Part shown: piece after piece, positions 10,001 to 18,961 of the stretch | Layout: each line of letters opens with the position of its first letter | Position numbering within the stretch: the stretch's first letter is position 1 | IMG/VR virus record: IMGVR_UViG_3300032227_000342 | Span: 1 to 33,079 of that record | Direction: 5' to 3' (one strand) | From: a virus | Taxonomy: Duplodnaviria > Caudoviricetes | Length of the DNA stretch: 33,079 bases | The notes under the pieces: model-generated | The model's input: only the letters and a program-made list of their open reading frames with translations | Databases searched by the model: none | What the model was told of the DNA's origin: nothing | Translations under genes and position numbers: made by a program

Positions 10001-10271
10001 GAATTAATAGTGCATGAACCAGATTAAGACTGTTCGCTGAAGCAATAACGTTAGTGGATGTATTACTGAAACTTGATTGTAGATTAAGACCAATAGTGAT
10101 AATACCGCCTCTACCAATATTTGGTGTAATTACTAGAGAAGATGTATTTGTTGCTGCTTGAATCAGATTTCCATTAGATTCAATTTCATTGACGGCAACT
10201 ACTAGTTGGTTAGTGATAAGTCTCCAATAATCAAAAGTGTTATTTAACGTTACGTTTGCTATGGCTGTCAT
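7005..10271 (-). CDS. Tail fibre with C-terminal intramolecular chaperone (peptidase S74-type) domain
   Basis: 1088 aa. N-terminal NTFDYWRLITN attachment motif and 18 (Y/H)AGxMAN repeats. The C-terminal SDETLKENI...GVIAQDMEKVVPDLV...VNYDGIIAFLIEAIKEL (about 7005-7259) is the autocleaving chaperone signature. Confidence 0.9.
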   Translation of the reverse strand: MTAIANVTLNNTFDYWRLITNQLVVAVNEIESNGNLIQAATNTSSLVITPNIGRGGIITIGLNLQSSFSNTSTNVIASANSLNLVHALLIQELNRSNNVFLTTNSSYTTGNAAYIVANAAYNNANVGLVSANAYAGFMANSANANAQTGLASANNYAGFMANSANGWASANIQVSVASANNYAGFMANSANANARTGLSSANNYAGFMANSSNGWSSANIQVSVASSNNYAGVMANSANAWAASNIQTSVTSANNWASGNIQTSVASSNNYAGVMANSANGWASANIQTSVTSANNWASANIRTSTTAANNYAGVMANSANGWAAANIQTSVTSANNWASSNIQASVSSANNYAGAMANSSNANAQTGLASANNHAGFMANSGNAFAAATYSTVINATAAFAQANDAFNLAQQLGGNAANSIVTNQVSFETANGAFNVANGAFFTANGSFARANLSALANDTILNGNVSIAGGTIFRKQSDPSEGGEIRLQTASGSTLSGNLTVDLFNDTFRIFESGGTSRGVSINVAATLAAAGSLLLHTNNFFNYAATTVNAAAAYTVANAAYNNANVGLVSANNYAGFMANSVNSNAQTGLSSSNNYAGLMANSSNNYAGFMANSSNANAQTGLASANNYAGVMANGAGSVANNANTYAGSTYVKKVGDTISGDLIVQGNITVSGTTTYVNTQSLLIGDNIVVLNADIPFNFSAAENAGIEVNRGNRRSNSAITWIESANAWAFTSNTFNAYTTYIASNTDVTNATVSANVYAGFMANSANGWAAANIQTSTTSANNYAGAMANSTNAWAAANIQTSTTSANNYAGAMANSSNAAAQSREETIATSANNYAGFMANSSNAAAQSREGTIATSANNYAGAMANASNTWANTKVDTITSNSTSRIWANSVVVSGIETVYMDLARSGVTATTYGGTTQVPSFTVDTYGRIISASNVSFSGGSSSIGDETISPSTYYPVFTTITSGTMTSANVDTTGLTFVPSTGTLSSTIFNSLSDETLKENIEPIVGALEIINNMNGVGFNWKQTSQHSYGVIAQDMEKVVPDLVGNINNTKTVNYDGIIAFLIEAIKELNAKLESK
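7091..7098 (-). promoter_or_regulatory. Possible late promoter CATAAATA
   Basis: NATAAATA variant about 86 nt upstream of the ATG at 7005, inside the fibre 3' end. Confidence 0.4.
7661..7946. repeat. Two pairs of near-exact 78-bp-period tandem repeats
   Basis: 7661-7733 vs 7739-7811 (73 bp, one mismatch) and 7819-7868 vs 7897-7946 (50 bp, exact). Each unit encodes 26 aa. Confidence 0.85.
9120..9890 (-). repeat. Coding repeat array of 11- and 15-residue units (ANNYAGxMANS / ANxWASxNIQTSVxS)
   Basis: Nine AGxMAN units spaced 22, 26 or 41 aa apart in the 1088-aa fibre. Confidence 0.85.
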
Positions 10272-10504
10272 TTAGTAACCAATTCCTTTAACAGATTTTT
10301 GATATCTTGAAGATCACTTTTAACATTATCAATCTCGCCAAGTTTTTCTTTGATTGCGGCAATTTCTTCTTGGTTTCTCTTGGTACTATTTATAAGATCC
10401 CTTTTACGAAGGTATTCATCCCTTGCTGATGTATCTACTTGCAAAACAGCACCGGATTCAATATCTTTTCTCAACTCCGGGTGACCTTCAACTTTAACTA
10501 ACAT
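10268..10504 (-). CDS. Conserved small coiled-coil protein following the VrlC-like gene
   Basis: 78 aa; KVEGHPELRKDIESGAV N-terminus followed by a coiled coil. Overlaps both neighbours (TAATG and ATGA). Confidence 0.8.
   Translation of the reverse strand: MLVKVEGHPELRKDIESGAVLQVDTSARDEYLRKRDLINSTKRNQEEIAAIKEKLGEIDNVKSDLQDIKNLLKELVTK
10387..10394 (-). promoter_or_regulatory. T4-type late promoter TATAAATA
   Basis: Perfect consensus inside the L-I-N-S codons of the 78-aa gene, about 115 nt upstream of the 1088-aa fibre ATG. Confidence 0.7.
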
Positions 10505-13356
10505 TAATAAACGTCTCCTGGTAGGGCAATGACTCGCATGTCAAAAACATAAGGAATCTTATAGAAGGATGTAGATGATGAACCTAACACAATCTTAATT
10601 TTAAATTCATTAAAGGTGTCATATGTGGCACCAGATGCCGAATAGATAATATTATTTGATGTAAACGAAGGTCTATATTCCATTTCAATAGGTTCTAGAT
10701 TCACTGAATCCATATATACACCCCGTTTTCTTTCCATTCTTATCCAATTCTTCAAATTAATATCATCACCATCATACGAATTTCTAACCTTATAATAAAC
10801 TTGAACGTTTGCTTCCGGTGGTTTTGATGCAGTTAGGTAGACACGAAGGTCGCCAGCATCAAAACCAGGGGCAAGTGTCACAGTCTTAGAGATATATCTT
10901 ACCAGTGCAGGACCGCCGGTTGGATCTAGTTCTGATGCTGCGGTATAAGAAGCAGCATTATCTCCTGTTGTATTCGCATCTGTTGTGGATATGGTAATAT
11001 TAATATCATCATAATATCCATATCCAAAGTTATCAAGATATATGGCATCAACAGAGTTTGCAGCATTATTTGAATCGGTAATAATATAACCATTAGCACT
11101 ATATCCTGAATTTCCAGAAATAGTAACTTTTGTATTCTGCATGGTATAGTTGGCGCCACCTTTAATCTTATTGATCTGATAGAGTTCAAGTCCAACATTG
11201 TTGATATAGTTTGCAGCAGTTGAAACTTCCTGTCTATTTGGGAAGATAATTGGTGAAACGTCAGGATTATCCGTTGACATATCAATTTTCATATTAAATG
11301 TTGGTTTTGGATATACATCTGTTGAGATATATTTCTTATCATCCAAGAATACTCTAGTATCTGGTATAAAATCCGTAAAATCAGTATCCATTGTATTATT
11401 ACTAAGTGTAGTAGCCTGATACCGATAATTTAAAGTAGTTCCTGGTATCTGTATAACGTCTGACATAACACTAAACATATCCATCTTAACGTTATTATCT
11501 GGGCCACCTTGTGATAGAGATTGTGCGTTCGGATCTTTATATTCATTAAATGTTACGGTACCCTGTGAGGCAAACTGACACATATGAATAACGAACATAA
11601 GATCATCGGACTGAATAGCATTATAGGTGGTGGCGTTCTGAGACTTAAACAAACTACCTAGGTATGGTTGTTCTGAAATTGTTCTTGTTGTACCTAGAAT
11701 CTTCTGACCAACTTCGGATGCATATACTTTATAATCATAATCATTTGTTACAAGCAAGAATGAATACTCTTTAGCTGGCTCTAGATAAACTGGTGCAGGG
11801 AATGTAAATCTAGTAAAATGATTAGCATTATTGGATTGTGGTAATGCATTGCCTGTAAAAGGGAAAAGATTGATATTTTCAGATTGTAGAACAGTTGTGG
11901 CATTACGCAGGATTCTATATGAATCCGGATAACCGTTAACCATCGGTCTAATCTGCATTTCAATTGGTTGTGTTCCCTTTGAAGCAAAGAACACATCAAT
12001 ATAAGGAACAAAAACACCTTTGTTGTGATCGGCTTCGTCAATATAGAATGATTGAGCAAGTGGACTCTTTCCCTTATAAGATAGAATACCACTGGATCCA
12101 CCACTGGCGGTAATGATTGCTCTATTGTTACCAGGTGTAACTGTCTGTGCTTCTTCAATACTGTAAGAGGAGAAGATATATTCGGATATAGATGTAGCAT
12201 TGTTTGCGACATTATTAGGATCGTCGGTAATGCTGAATATTCTCTTACCAACTTTAAAGTTAAAATTACTATCTACACCATATCCAGGAAGTCTAAGAAC
12301 ACCCCCTATAAATCCTTTTGAAGTGGTGAAATGTGACTGCACACCATTGGTTGATGCATAACCAGAACCGGATCTACCATCACCGATACTATAAAAAATA
12401 TCACCGGGTGTATTTTCTAGTCCAGTTAATGCTGGTTGAACAACAATTAATTTAGTAGCAGCATTATAAGAAATAATGTTTGCTGTTTCGCCTGCAACTT
12501 TTCCACCAAAGAATGTAATTGTATTACCGACATAATAGTTATCAACCAACGAGGCTTCTGTTGAAAGTCTTAGACCGTAAGTTTTGTCTGCATCAGGAGC
12601 AAGAACTGTTTCAAGTCCGGGAATATACAGATTACTTGTATTAGATGTAAAATTGTTTGAATTAGGACTAGAAGATGCAGCCTGCGTTACAGGAACGTAA
12701 CGTAACACACCGCTGTAGTGATCTACCTTAGCAATAGTTGATCTACTATTACTTCCTAGACCAACAACGGTATTACCTACTCTAATAGAATCATTAGGTG
12801 TATAACCTCTAAATTCCGTAACATAAAGTATTGTGTTACCATTTGGTGTTAATTCGGTGTAAATGATTTCAGCATTAGCATTACCAATAGAGATTTTTTC
12901 TCTAGTAATGTCAATTGTTCCTGTAACCGTACCATTACTAATGTTAGCAACATTGGCAAGATTCTTGGTATATGGAGTAAGTATGCCGAAAAAAACTGAA
13001 TTACTAGTAAGTTCAATTTTGTTAGGTCGCTGAATAAGTTTAGAAATAGATACGCCGTCAAAATAAGGATAAACTTGTTTGTTTGGCCTATTGTTATAAC
13101 TAACAAAATGAATATCCAACTTTCTCATATATGATTTATAAATGGCATTAGAAAAATGCCAGGCAATTGTACCAGGAGCAACGGTTGTTGTCTGAATTAG
13201 ATCAATTGAATTGGTTTCATAACTTGATGTACCGGCATATCCACCACTAATCAAATCAAAATAATTGGGTGTTGAACCGACAGTGGATCCAGATCCACCT
13301 GCTGTTGTCCCAAGAAAAATACTACCTGGTGTAATTTGTGATGGTGTAGATGCCAT
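10504..13356 (-). CDS. VrlC/DUF4815-like virion structural protein, C-terminal half
   Basis: 950 aa. YMRK...YPYFDG, SPLAQSFYI...IDVFFASK, GSLFKSQNATTY...DLMF, RYISKTVTL and FNEFKIKIVL...DMRVIAL are motifs of the C-terminal half of the giant post-gp8 protein of T4-like phages. Confidence 0.8.
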   Translation of the reverse strand: MASTPSQITPGSIFLGTTAGGSGSTVGSTPNYFDLISGGYAGTSSYETNSIDLIQTTTVAPGTIAWHFSNAIYKSYMRKLDIHFVSYNNRPNKQVYPYFDGVSISKLIQRPNKIELTSNSVFFGILTPYTKNLANVANISNGTVTGTIDITREKISIGNANAEIIYTELTPNGNTILYVTEFRGYTPNDSIRVGNTVVGLGSNSRSTIAKVDHYSGVLRYVPVTQAASSSPNSNNFTSNTSNLYIPGLETVLAPDADKTYGLRLSTEASLVDNYYVGNTITFFGGKVAGETANIISYNAATKLIVVQPALTGLENTPGDIFYSIGDGRSGSGYASTNGVQSHFTTSKGFIGGVLRLPGYGVDSNFNFKVGKRIFSITDDPNNVANNATSISEYIFSSYSIEEAQTVTPGNNRAIITASGGSSGILSYKGKSPLAQSFYIDEADHNKGVFVPYIDVFFASKGTQPIEMQIRPMVNGYPDSYRILRNATTVLQSENINLFPFTGNALPQSNNANHFTRFTFPAPVYLEPAKEYSFLLVTNDYDYKVYASEVGQKILGTTRTISEQPYLGSLFKSQNATTYNAIQSDDLMFVIHMCQFASQGTVTFNEYKDPNAQSLSQGGPDNNVKMDMFSVMSDVIQIPGTTLNYRYQATTLSNNTMDTDFTDFIPDTRVFLDDKKYISTDVYPKPTFNMKIDMSTDNPDVSPIIFPNRQEVSTAANYINNVGLELYQINKIKGGANYTMQNTKVTISGNSGYSANGYIITDSNNAANSVDAIYLDNFGYGYYDDINITISTTDANTTGDNAASYTAASELDPTGGPALVRYISKTVTLAPGFDAGDLRVYLTASKPPEANVQVYYKVRNSYDGDDINLKNWIRMERKRGVYMDSVNLEPIEMEYRPSFTSNNIIYSASGATYDTFNEFKIKIVLGSSSTSFYKIPYVFDMRVIALPGDVY

Positions 13357-13384
13357 TAAAATTTTTCCCTAATTATGTTTTATG

Positions 13385-13392
13385 TATTTATC
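13385..13392 (-). promoter_or_regulatory. Late promoter GATAAATA between the two VrlC-like halves
   Basis: NATAAATA in a 55-bp AT-rich intergenic gap, about 29 nt upstream of the ATG at 13356, followed by an AGGGA RBS-like sequence. Confidence 0.6.
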
Positions 13393-13411
13393 ATCAATCT
13401 TATAGATTATT

Positions 13412-16400
13412 TTATTTTGCCATTGCCTGTTTTTCTGGCGAATTTAAGAAATGTGATTCAATCTCCGACAATGACATACCCTTTTCTGCCTGTTCAACCC
13501 AAAAATTAAATCCTGCTGATTCCGAACCGCGTCCTAAGATATCCAGATAGAATCCTTGAATGGCCATCATTTCTGGTGTACCTTGCGTTCCGTGGCCGCC
13601 CTGTGTTAGGCCACCGGTGGCCGTTGCTGTACCTCTAGGAACGTCAATCGGTGTTTCTCTAAGATCAGGTCCACCAGGTATACCAGGATTTTGCTGTGTA
13701 TAATCAGTAGCAATTTTACTGGATGATGCAGATCCGTTTGCGATATTGATAGCAACCGAAGGAGTAGTATTTGTTGTAACAGTAAAAGTATTTTCTTGAG
13801 CTATTGAAAATTGTCTATCAAGAAATGCTTGCGCCTCAGCATCCGACATTTTATTTTGAACTATTTGAGAGACCCAAAATATAGCACCAGGAAGATCAGG
13901 ATCACGGTTCAATTTTTCAGCATATTGTCTTGTAACCCGATCAATAGTATTTTGAGGCACATTGGCAGCTAACGCCGGATCAACAAATCCTGTACCAGCC
14001 ACACCGTTTTTAATTAATGAATTATAATCTCTCTCGCTTAAGGCAGCCGTAGGTGCGTTTGTAGCATTTCCACCTATATGGTCTGATAGAGGACCAGAAC
14101 CATAGTTAGACAACCATTGACCTGTTGTCTTATCATATACAATTGTTCCTAGTCCACCATTTGGTGCATTGGGTGAATACATCAACCTGTTATCATAATA
14201 AGTTGTTGTGGCACCACCTCCGCCTGGTGGAGGCGGTGGAGGCGGTGGAGGCGGTGGAGGTGGATCATACTTCCAAATATCCGCCTCAGGTACAGTGATA
14301 ATCTGTCCTCTAAAGTTGGAGAATAGATAATCAGCTACCGGTAATACTTTACTAGCCACATTTTGTGTGATTAGTGGTTTTGTTGAATATGATAGTAGAT
14401 ATCTTTCATTATGTCTAGAAACACCAATAGATGTGTTTGTTGTCAACTTAACTTGGCCTACAGCAGGTTTTGCTGTCATACAACCTGGTTTAATTGTAAA
14501 TGATCCATTGATATCAATAGCACAAGAAAAGTCACCTGTTGTTTTATCAGATAACAAGAAACTGGTAAAATCTTCGGCAAGAATACCGTATTTCGTTCTA
14601 TCAAGGCCATTAACGTCAGGAACAACAATATCTGTTGATTTCTTTTCAAGAGCATTTAGTGATGTAGAATATTCAATAGACTGTAATCTTTTGTCAATAT
14701 TACTAATATCTTCCATGGTATATCTTCTGCGGTCAAAAGTTTTGACGAGAACACTGTTATTTGCAACAGTGTAAGGTAATACACGTAGTTGATGTAACAG
14801 AAGATTTTTATATTCAATACTTGGAAAATTAGGCTTCCTTGAAGATACACCTTTAATATGTTTAATTGAGTCACTTAATGTTAAAACAACCGAATCTCTT
14901 CTTTCTAGATAGTGATTATAGTTTGATTCAAACGTTTGACCTGATACAGGCGTTCTAACACTAGTAAATAAGAAGTTATCAGTATTAGATGCGTTTGGTC
15001 TGACAGGTCTAAAGTCTATACAATCAGTAACTCTCAATCCATTAAGAACAGGAATTAATGTATATCCTGTACCAATAATTTTTCCATCATCATAAACAGT
15101 ATTTGCCAAATATGGATAAGAATCCAAACTGAAATAACCAACGTCTGTAGTTGAACTGAAATATCTTAATACAACAATAACATATTTGTATGAATTAATA
15201 TATCCTGATTTCTTAATAATCGAAGCATGGTCGTAATGAGTGTTTCTATGACCATTTTCAATGATGAAATTCTTAGAAATATCTGCCAGATTTGTTAAAT
15301 CAGCGTTGCCGGCCGGTAATGTATTGGTACCATAAACCGCTTTTGTACCGATAACGTCTGAAATATATAAACTTTCTGATGTGTTAGAGAAAAAGTTCTC
15401 AATAACAACCTGACCTTTAGCAAGGTAAACTCTTGTATTTGAACCCGAAGAGTTCATAAATGTGGCATCAGGTGAAGATGCTGTCATAATCTTACTATTA
15501 CCTAAAACAAGAGTTTTCACTCTTTGCTGTGAGGCAGTTCCTGCTGCTTTCATTACTGCATAAACAGTAGCAACAAAAGATTCTGAGGTATTGGCAGTAT
15601 AAAGAATTGCCTGTTGTGGTGATGAACCGGAAACAGATGCAGAAACTTTAATCTGTTCACCTACATTTCTTGTGCTTCCTGTTTTATCGGTAACAATAAC
15701 GAGGAAGTTACTCATAACACTTAAATCGGTGTTTGATGAACTTGTAGAACCAATAAATGTTTCATCGGTAGAAGCGGTAATCGGAATTGAGTTGCCTGAG
15801 ACGAATGAAACAGAATTATAAATTTTTCTATAGATATATGTCTGTTCACTATAACCAGGAGCAATGAACGCATCAGGCATTCTAAAAATGGTATCAATCA
15901 GAACCGTATCGGTAACAGAGGTATTACCGGTCATTAACTGGTTATCTTTACTTGCTGCACTAATATATGCCACAGCCTCGGAAGAAACACTCGGGGTATA
16001 CATAGCATTAGCAACAAACGAATCAACGTCTGTCATATCAAAACGGATTTCAAATGGTGTATTGGTTTCCGGAGAAGCAGAAAACGGCGGTGTTACAGTA
16101 GCAATTTTATTAACACCATCATAACCTGTGACAATTCTTAGGTCACCGGCAGCATTACCTGTAGCAATCTTAATATATGCACCAACATAAGCATCATTGG
16201 CTGCCGAGCAATTTGCTGTATTAAGATTAATATTATATGTATTTGCTGTTAATGATCTAACATTGCCATTAACAGTTTTAAACTTTTGGTCAAAGAAATA
16301 AAACTCAAACTTTCTAGCAGTAACATTAACGTCACCGCCAAAGAAATTGATATCACGGACTCTAGCAGTACCAATTTTTGTAGCCATGTATGTTGTTGTA

Positions 16401-17605
16401 TTACCATAGTTAATCAGATTAGCAGTAACACAATGCATATCAATAGGAGCAAGACTGGTTGTGTTAAATCTACCTGTCAGATTATCAACAATAACATAGT
16501 TTCCGTAATTCATGTTGAGACTATAATTTGAAACAGACCTGGTATCTCTTGCCGCAGGAATTTCAAACTTACTGTCACTCTGAGTTTCAATTTCATAACC
16601 ATATAGATATGCTTTACCAGGACTAATAACTAAAGTATAATTATTAGCTGGATCAATTTTAGAGTTCTCAACACTAATGTTAAATGGTTTAACCGTATAG
16701 TTACCAGATTCGTCGTATGTTCTTCTAGCAAGAACTTCTTCAATTTCTGAGTAGATTGGATTTTTAACTAATTCTTTAATAACACCATTTTCAACTTTAG
16801 CAATCTGAATGAATTTTTCATCATCTACACTATCAAGGGTTCTAGCATTAAGAATCAATTCAACCTGGTAACGTGATGCGCCTGGTGCCTGATAGTTTGA
16901 TGCTTCTAGTGCAGGATCTAATAGGGTGCTATCTGTTGCTTCGGTAACAATAGCATCGGTTAGTTCAAGTCCGACTTTGGCATTGGCCTGACGGTTATAC
17001 TTTGATAGAATGATAACCTGTTGTGGTACCTTAATGAAGTAACCATCCATAAAGTAGATTGAATCATAGATGAATGATAATGCACTTTCGGCAACTGCAT
17101 TTGATGTTGGTGCAATATTGGCGTAGATTTCCGAATTGTCTATCTTAATAGTATCACCAGGATTAAACTCAGCACCTGTTATATACTTGATATGTAATGA
17201 AGCTGGGGCCGTATTAGATGATTCCGAAACTTGAACGACTCTAGCACTAACATAATCGGAATCTGTGGAATCCGAATCTTTAAGGATAATGGTCTTGTCT
17301 TTAAATGTATTAACATCAATATCGGTATTAGCAAACGTAGGACTTAGATTAAGTGTATATGATTCGGTGATATCCAGCTTACCACCAATTACAGATGAAC
17401 CATTAACAAAGATGTGACGACCAAATCTTTCAACTTGGTTCTGTAAAATGGTTTGTAATTGTGTTAGTTCTCTAGCCTGAACTGCATATCCAGGACGAAA
17501 CATAATTCTATGGAAATTCTTTGTTTCGTCAAAGTCATCGTAATATGGAGAAACTTTTGATTGTGCTGGAACAACTAGAGTATTAACTACGTTTGCGGCT
17601 GCCAT
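13412..17605 (-). CDS. VrlC/DUF4815-like virion structural protein, N-terminal half, with poly-Pro linker and DUF4214-like C-terminal repeats
   Basis: 1397 aa. SPYYDDFDETKNFHRIMFRPGYAVQARELTQLQTILQNQVERFG, LARRTYDESGNYTV and RRYTMEDI...RLQSIEY are VrlC-family motifs. It lies directly after gp8. Confidence 0.85.
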   Translation of the reverse strand: MAAANVVNTLVVPAQSKVSPYYDDFDETKNFHRIMFRPGYAVQARELTQLQTILQNQVERFGRHIFVNGSSVIGGKLDITESYTLNLSPTFANTDIDVNTFKDKTIILKDSDSTDSDYVSARVVQVSESSNTAPASLHIKYITGAEFNPGDTIKIDNSEIYANIAPTSNAVAESALSFIYDSIYFMDGYFIKVPQQVIILSKYNRQANAKVGLELTDAIVTEATDSTLLDPALEASNYQAPGASRYQVELILNARTLDSVDDEKFIQIAKVENGVIKELVKNPIYSEIEEVLARRTYDESGNYTVKPFNISVENSKIDPANNYTLVISPGKAYLYGYEIETQSDSKFEIPAARDTRSVSNYSLNMNYGNYVIVDNLTGRFNTTSLAPIDMHCVTANLINYGNTTTYMATKIGTARVRDINFFGGDVNVTARKFEFYFFDQKFKTVNGNVRSLTANTYNINLNTANCSAANDAYVGAYIKIATGNAAGDLRIVTGYDGVNKIATVTPPFSASPETNTPFEIRFDMTDVDSFVANAMYTPSVSSEAVAYISAASKDNQLMTGNTSVTDTVLIDTIFRMPDAFIAPGYSEQTYIYRKIYNSVSFVSGNSIPITASTDETFIGSTSSSNTDLSVMSNFLVIVTDKTGSTRNVGEQIKVSASVSGSSPQQAILYTANTSESFVATVYAVMKAAGTASQQRVKTLVLGNSKIMTASSPDATFMNSSGSNTRVYLAKGQVVIENFFSNTSESLYISDVIGTKAVYGTNTLPAGNADLTNLADISKNFIIENGHRNTHYDHASIIKKSGYINSYKYVIVVLRYFSSTTDVGYFSLDSYPYLANTVYDDGKIIGTGYTLIPVLNGLRVTDCIDFRPVRPNASNTDNFLFTSVRTPVSGQTFESNYNHYLERRDSVVLTLSDSIKHIKGVSSRKPNFPSIEYKNLLLHQLRVLPYTVANNSVLVKTFDRRRYTMEDISNIDKRLQSIEYSTSLNALEKKSTDIVVPDVNGLDRTKYGILAEDFTSFLLSDKTTGDFSCAIDINGSFTIKPGCMTAKPAVGQVKLTTNTSIGVSRHNERYLLSYSTKPLITQNVASKVLPVADYLFSNFRGQIITVPEADIWKYDPPPPPPPPPPPPPGGGGATTTYYDNRLMYSPNAPNGGLGTIVYDKTTGQWLSNYGSGPLSDHIGGNATNAPTAALSERDYNSLIKNGVAGTGFVDPALAANVPQNTIDRVTRQYAEKLNRDPDLPGAIFWVSQIVQNKMSDAEAQAFLDRQFSIAQENTFTVTTNTTPSVAINIANGSASSSKIATDYTQQNPGIPGGPDLRETPIDVPRGTATATGGLTQGGHGTQGTPEMMAIQGFYLDILGRGSESAGFNFWVEQAEKGMSLSEIESHFLNSPEKQAMAK
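14225..14263 (-). repeat. Poly-proline tract (13 Pro) built on a 9-bp tandem repeat
   Basis: (tggaggcgg)x3 plus flanking Pro codons on the plus strand; the protein continues with GGGG. Confidence 0.9.
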
Positions 17606-17618
17606 TTTTTATCCTTAA

Positions 17619-18932
17619 TTAAAATTTCAGAACTATCTTAAACGTTTCGGTCTGGTCCGGTGAACGTTCAACTGGAGTTATGTTATCTATATATAGTAAT
17701 TTTCCTGAGAATGGTTGCAAATCAGGAGGAACAACTGAGTTCAAGAACCTATAAGCGGTACTTTGCGAACCAATTAATATTTCATTGATTGGATTACCTT
17801 CAACATTGGATAGTTTTAGAACGTTATTAGCAGAGTCCCAAACAACAACCTTGCCCTTATATATAGCATTGAATACAGCAGAACCTTGGAATACATATTC
17901 ATCTTGAAGGTAATCAATTGATACACCACTAAGAACAACTGAGGTCAACTGATTTACTACTGCATTAGCACAATATGTATTGGACTGATACACTAATGGA
18001 TCTTGAATGATTGCCAATTGTCTGTAATCGTTTACGGTCGGTAATATGTTACCTTCACTGTTTCTAAGAAACATATCAATCATAACATAATTACCACCCA
18101 ATTCAGTAAGTGGATCCGAACCATGTCCTCCTGGAGGACTGATGATAGCACGGCCCGCGGCGCCTGCTCCAGTTGGTGAACTGATAATCAATTCTGCGCG
18201 AGTATAATTTAGACCAGGATTATCTACAACAATTTGTGTAATTGTATTGGTTTGTGTATTAACTCTGGCAAAGGCGTTGGCATAACTACCATCACCACGA
18301 ATACTAACATTAATAGTATTTGCAGAATAACCTGAACCTGGATTAGTGACGATAATAGAATTAATGGCACCAGGAACAGCACTTGTTTGAACCAACCATT
18401 GTGTAGAGGCATCATTAATTGATAAAGTCTTTACAGGCATAAATGATGTGGATGTAAATCTTGTTTGCTCCTCGGCATTCAATGAATACATATATTTCCA
18501 GATATAGTTATCTAGTGTTTCAAATACGGATGAAGTGCTAGTGGATGTTGGTTTAACAGATGAAAGGGATCCGCCGTTATTTGAAATACACTTATAGACC
18601 TTAAACTCATTGGTAAGGACATAAAAGTTACCATTGGCAAAATTATCAATCTTATCATCATACATGTTATAGACAGTGTTGGCCGTCCAATTATATCTTG
18701 GAATGACATACTTAATATCATTGCCGGTAATTCTTTTACCACCAATCATATTCTTCCATACATTATTAAACGCATCAATTGATGTATTAGAAACATCTGG
18801 TTGGGCATCATTAGCCCATGGATCACATTTGCCTATGGTAAAGTATAGATTAGAAAATGCTGGTTCAGATACAGATTCTTTAAACTGTATAGCATTATAA
18901 ACTTGAAGATTTTTACCGAGGGTTGATGCCAT
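17619..18932 (-). CDS. gp8: Baseplate wedge subunit, T4 gp8-like
   Basis: 437 aa; VIPRYNWT, FYVLTNEFKVYKCISN, DNYIWKYMYSL, NDYRQLAIIQDP and SGKLLYIDNITPVERSPDQTETFKIVLKF. Synteny gp6-gp7-gp8. Confidence 0.92.
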   Translation of the reverse strand: MASTLGKNLQVYNAIQFKESVSEPAFSNLYFTIGKCDPWANDAQPDVSNTSIDAFNNVWKNMIGGKRITGNDIKYVIPRYNWTANTVYNMYDDKIDNFANGNFYVLTNEFKVYKCISNNGGSLSSVKPTSTSTSSVFETLDNYIWKYMYSLNAEEQTRFTSTSFMPVKTLSINDASTQWLVQTSAVPGAINSIIVTNPGSGYSANTINVSIRGDGSYANAFARVNTQTNTITQIVVDNPGLNYTRAELIISSPTGAGAAGRAIISPPGGHGSDPLTELGGNYVMIDMFLRNSEGNILPTVNDYRQLAIIQDPLVYQSNTYCANAVVNQLTSVVLSGVSIDYLQDEYVFQGSAVFNAIYKGKVVVWDSANNVLKLSNVEGNPINEILIGSQSTAYRFLNSVVPPDLQPFSGKLLYIDNITPVERSPDQTETFKIVLKF

Positions 18933-18953
18933 TACTCTTCTCTTTGTTATCCT

Positions 18954-18961
18954 TATTTATT
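18954..18961 (-). promoter_or_regulatory. Possible late promoter AATAAATA upstream of gp8
   Basis: NATAAATA overlapping the gp7 stop codon, 22 nt upstream of the gp8 ATG. Confidence 0.5.
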
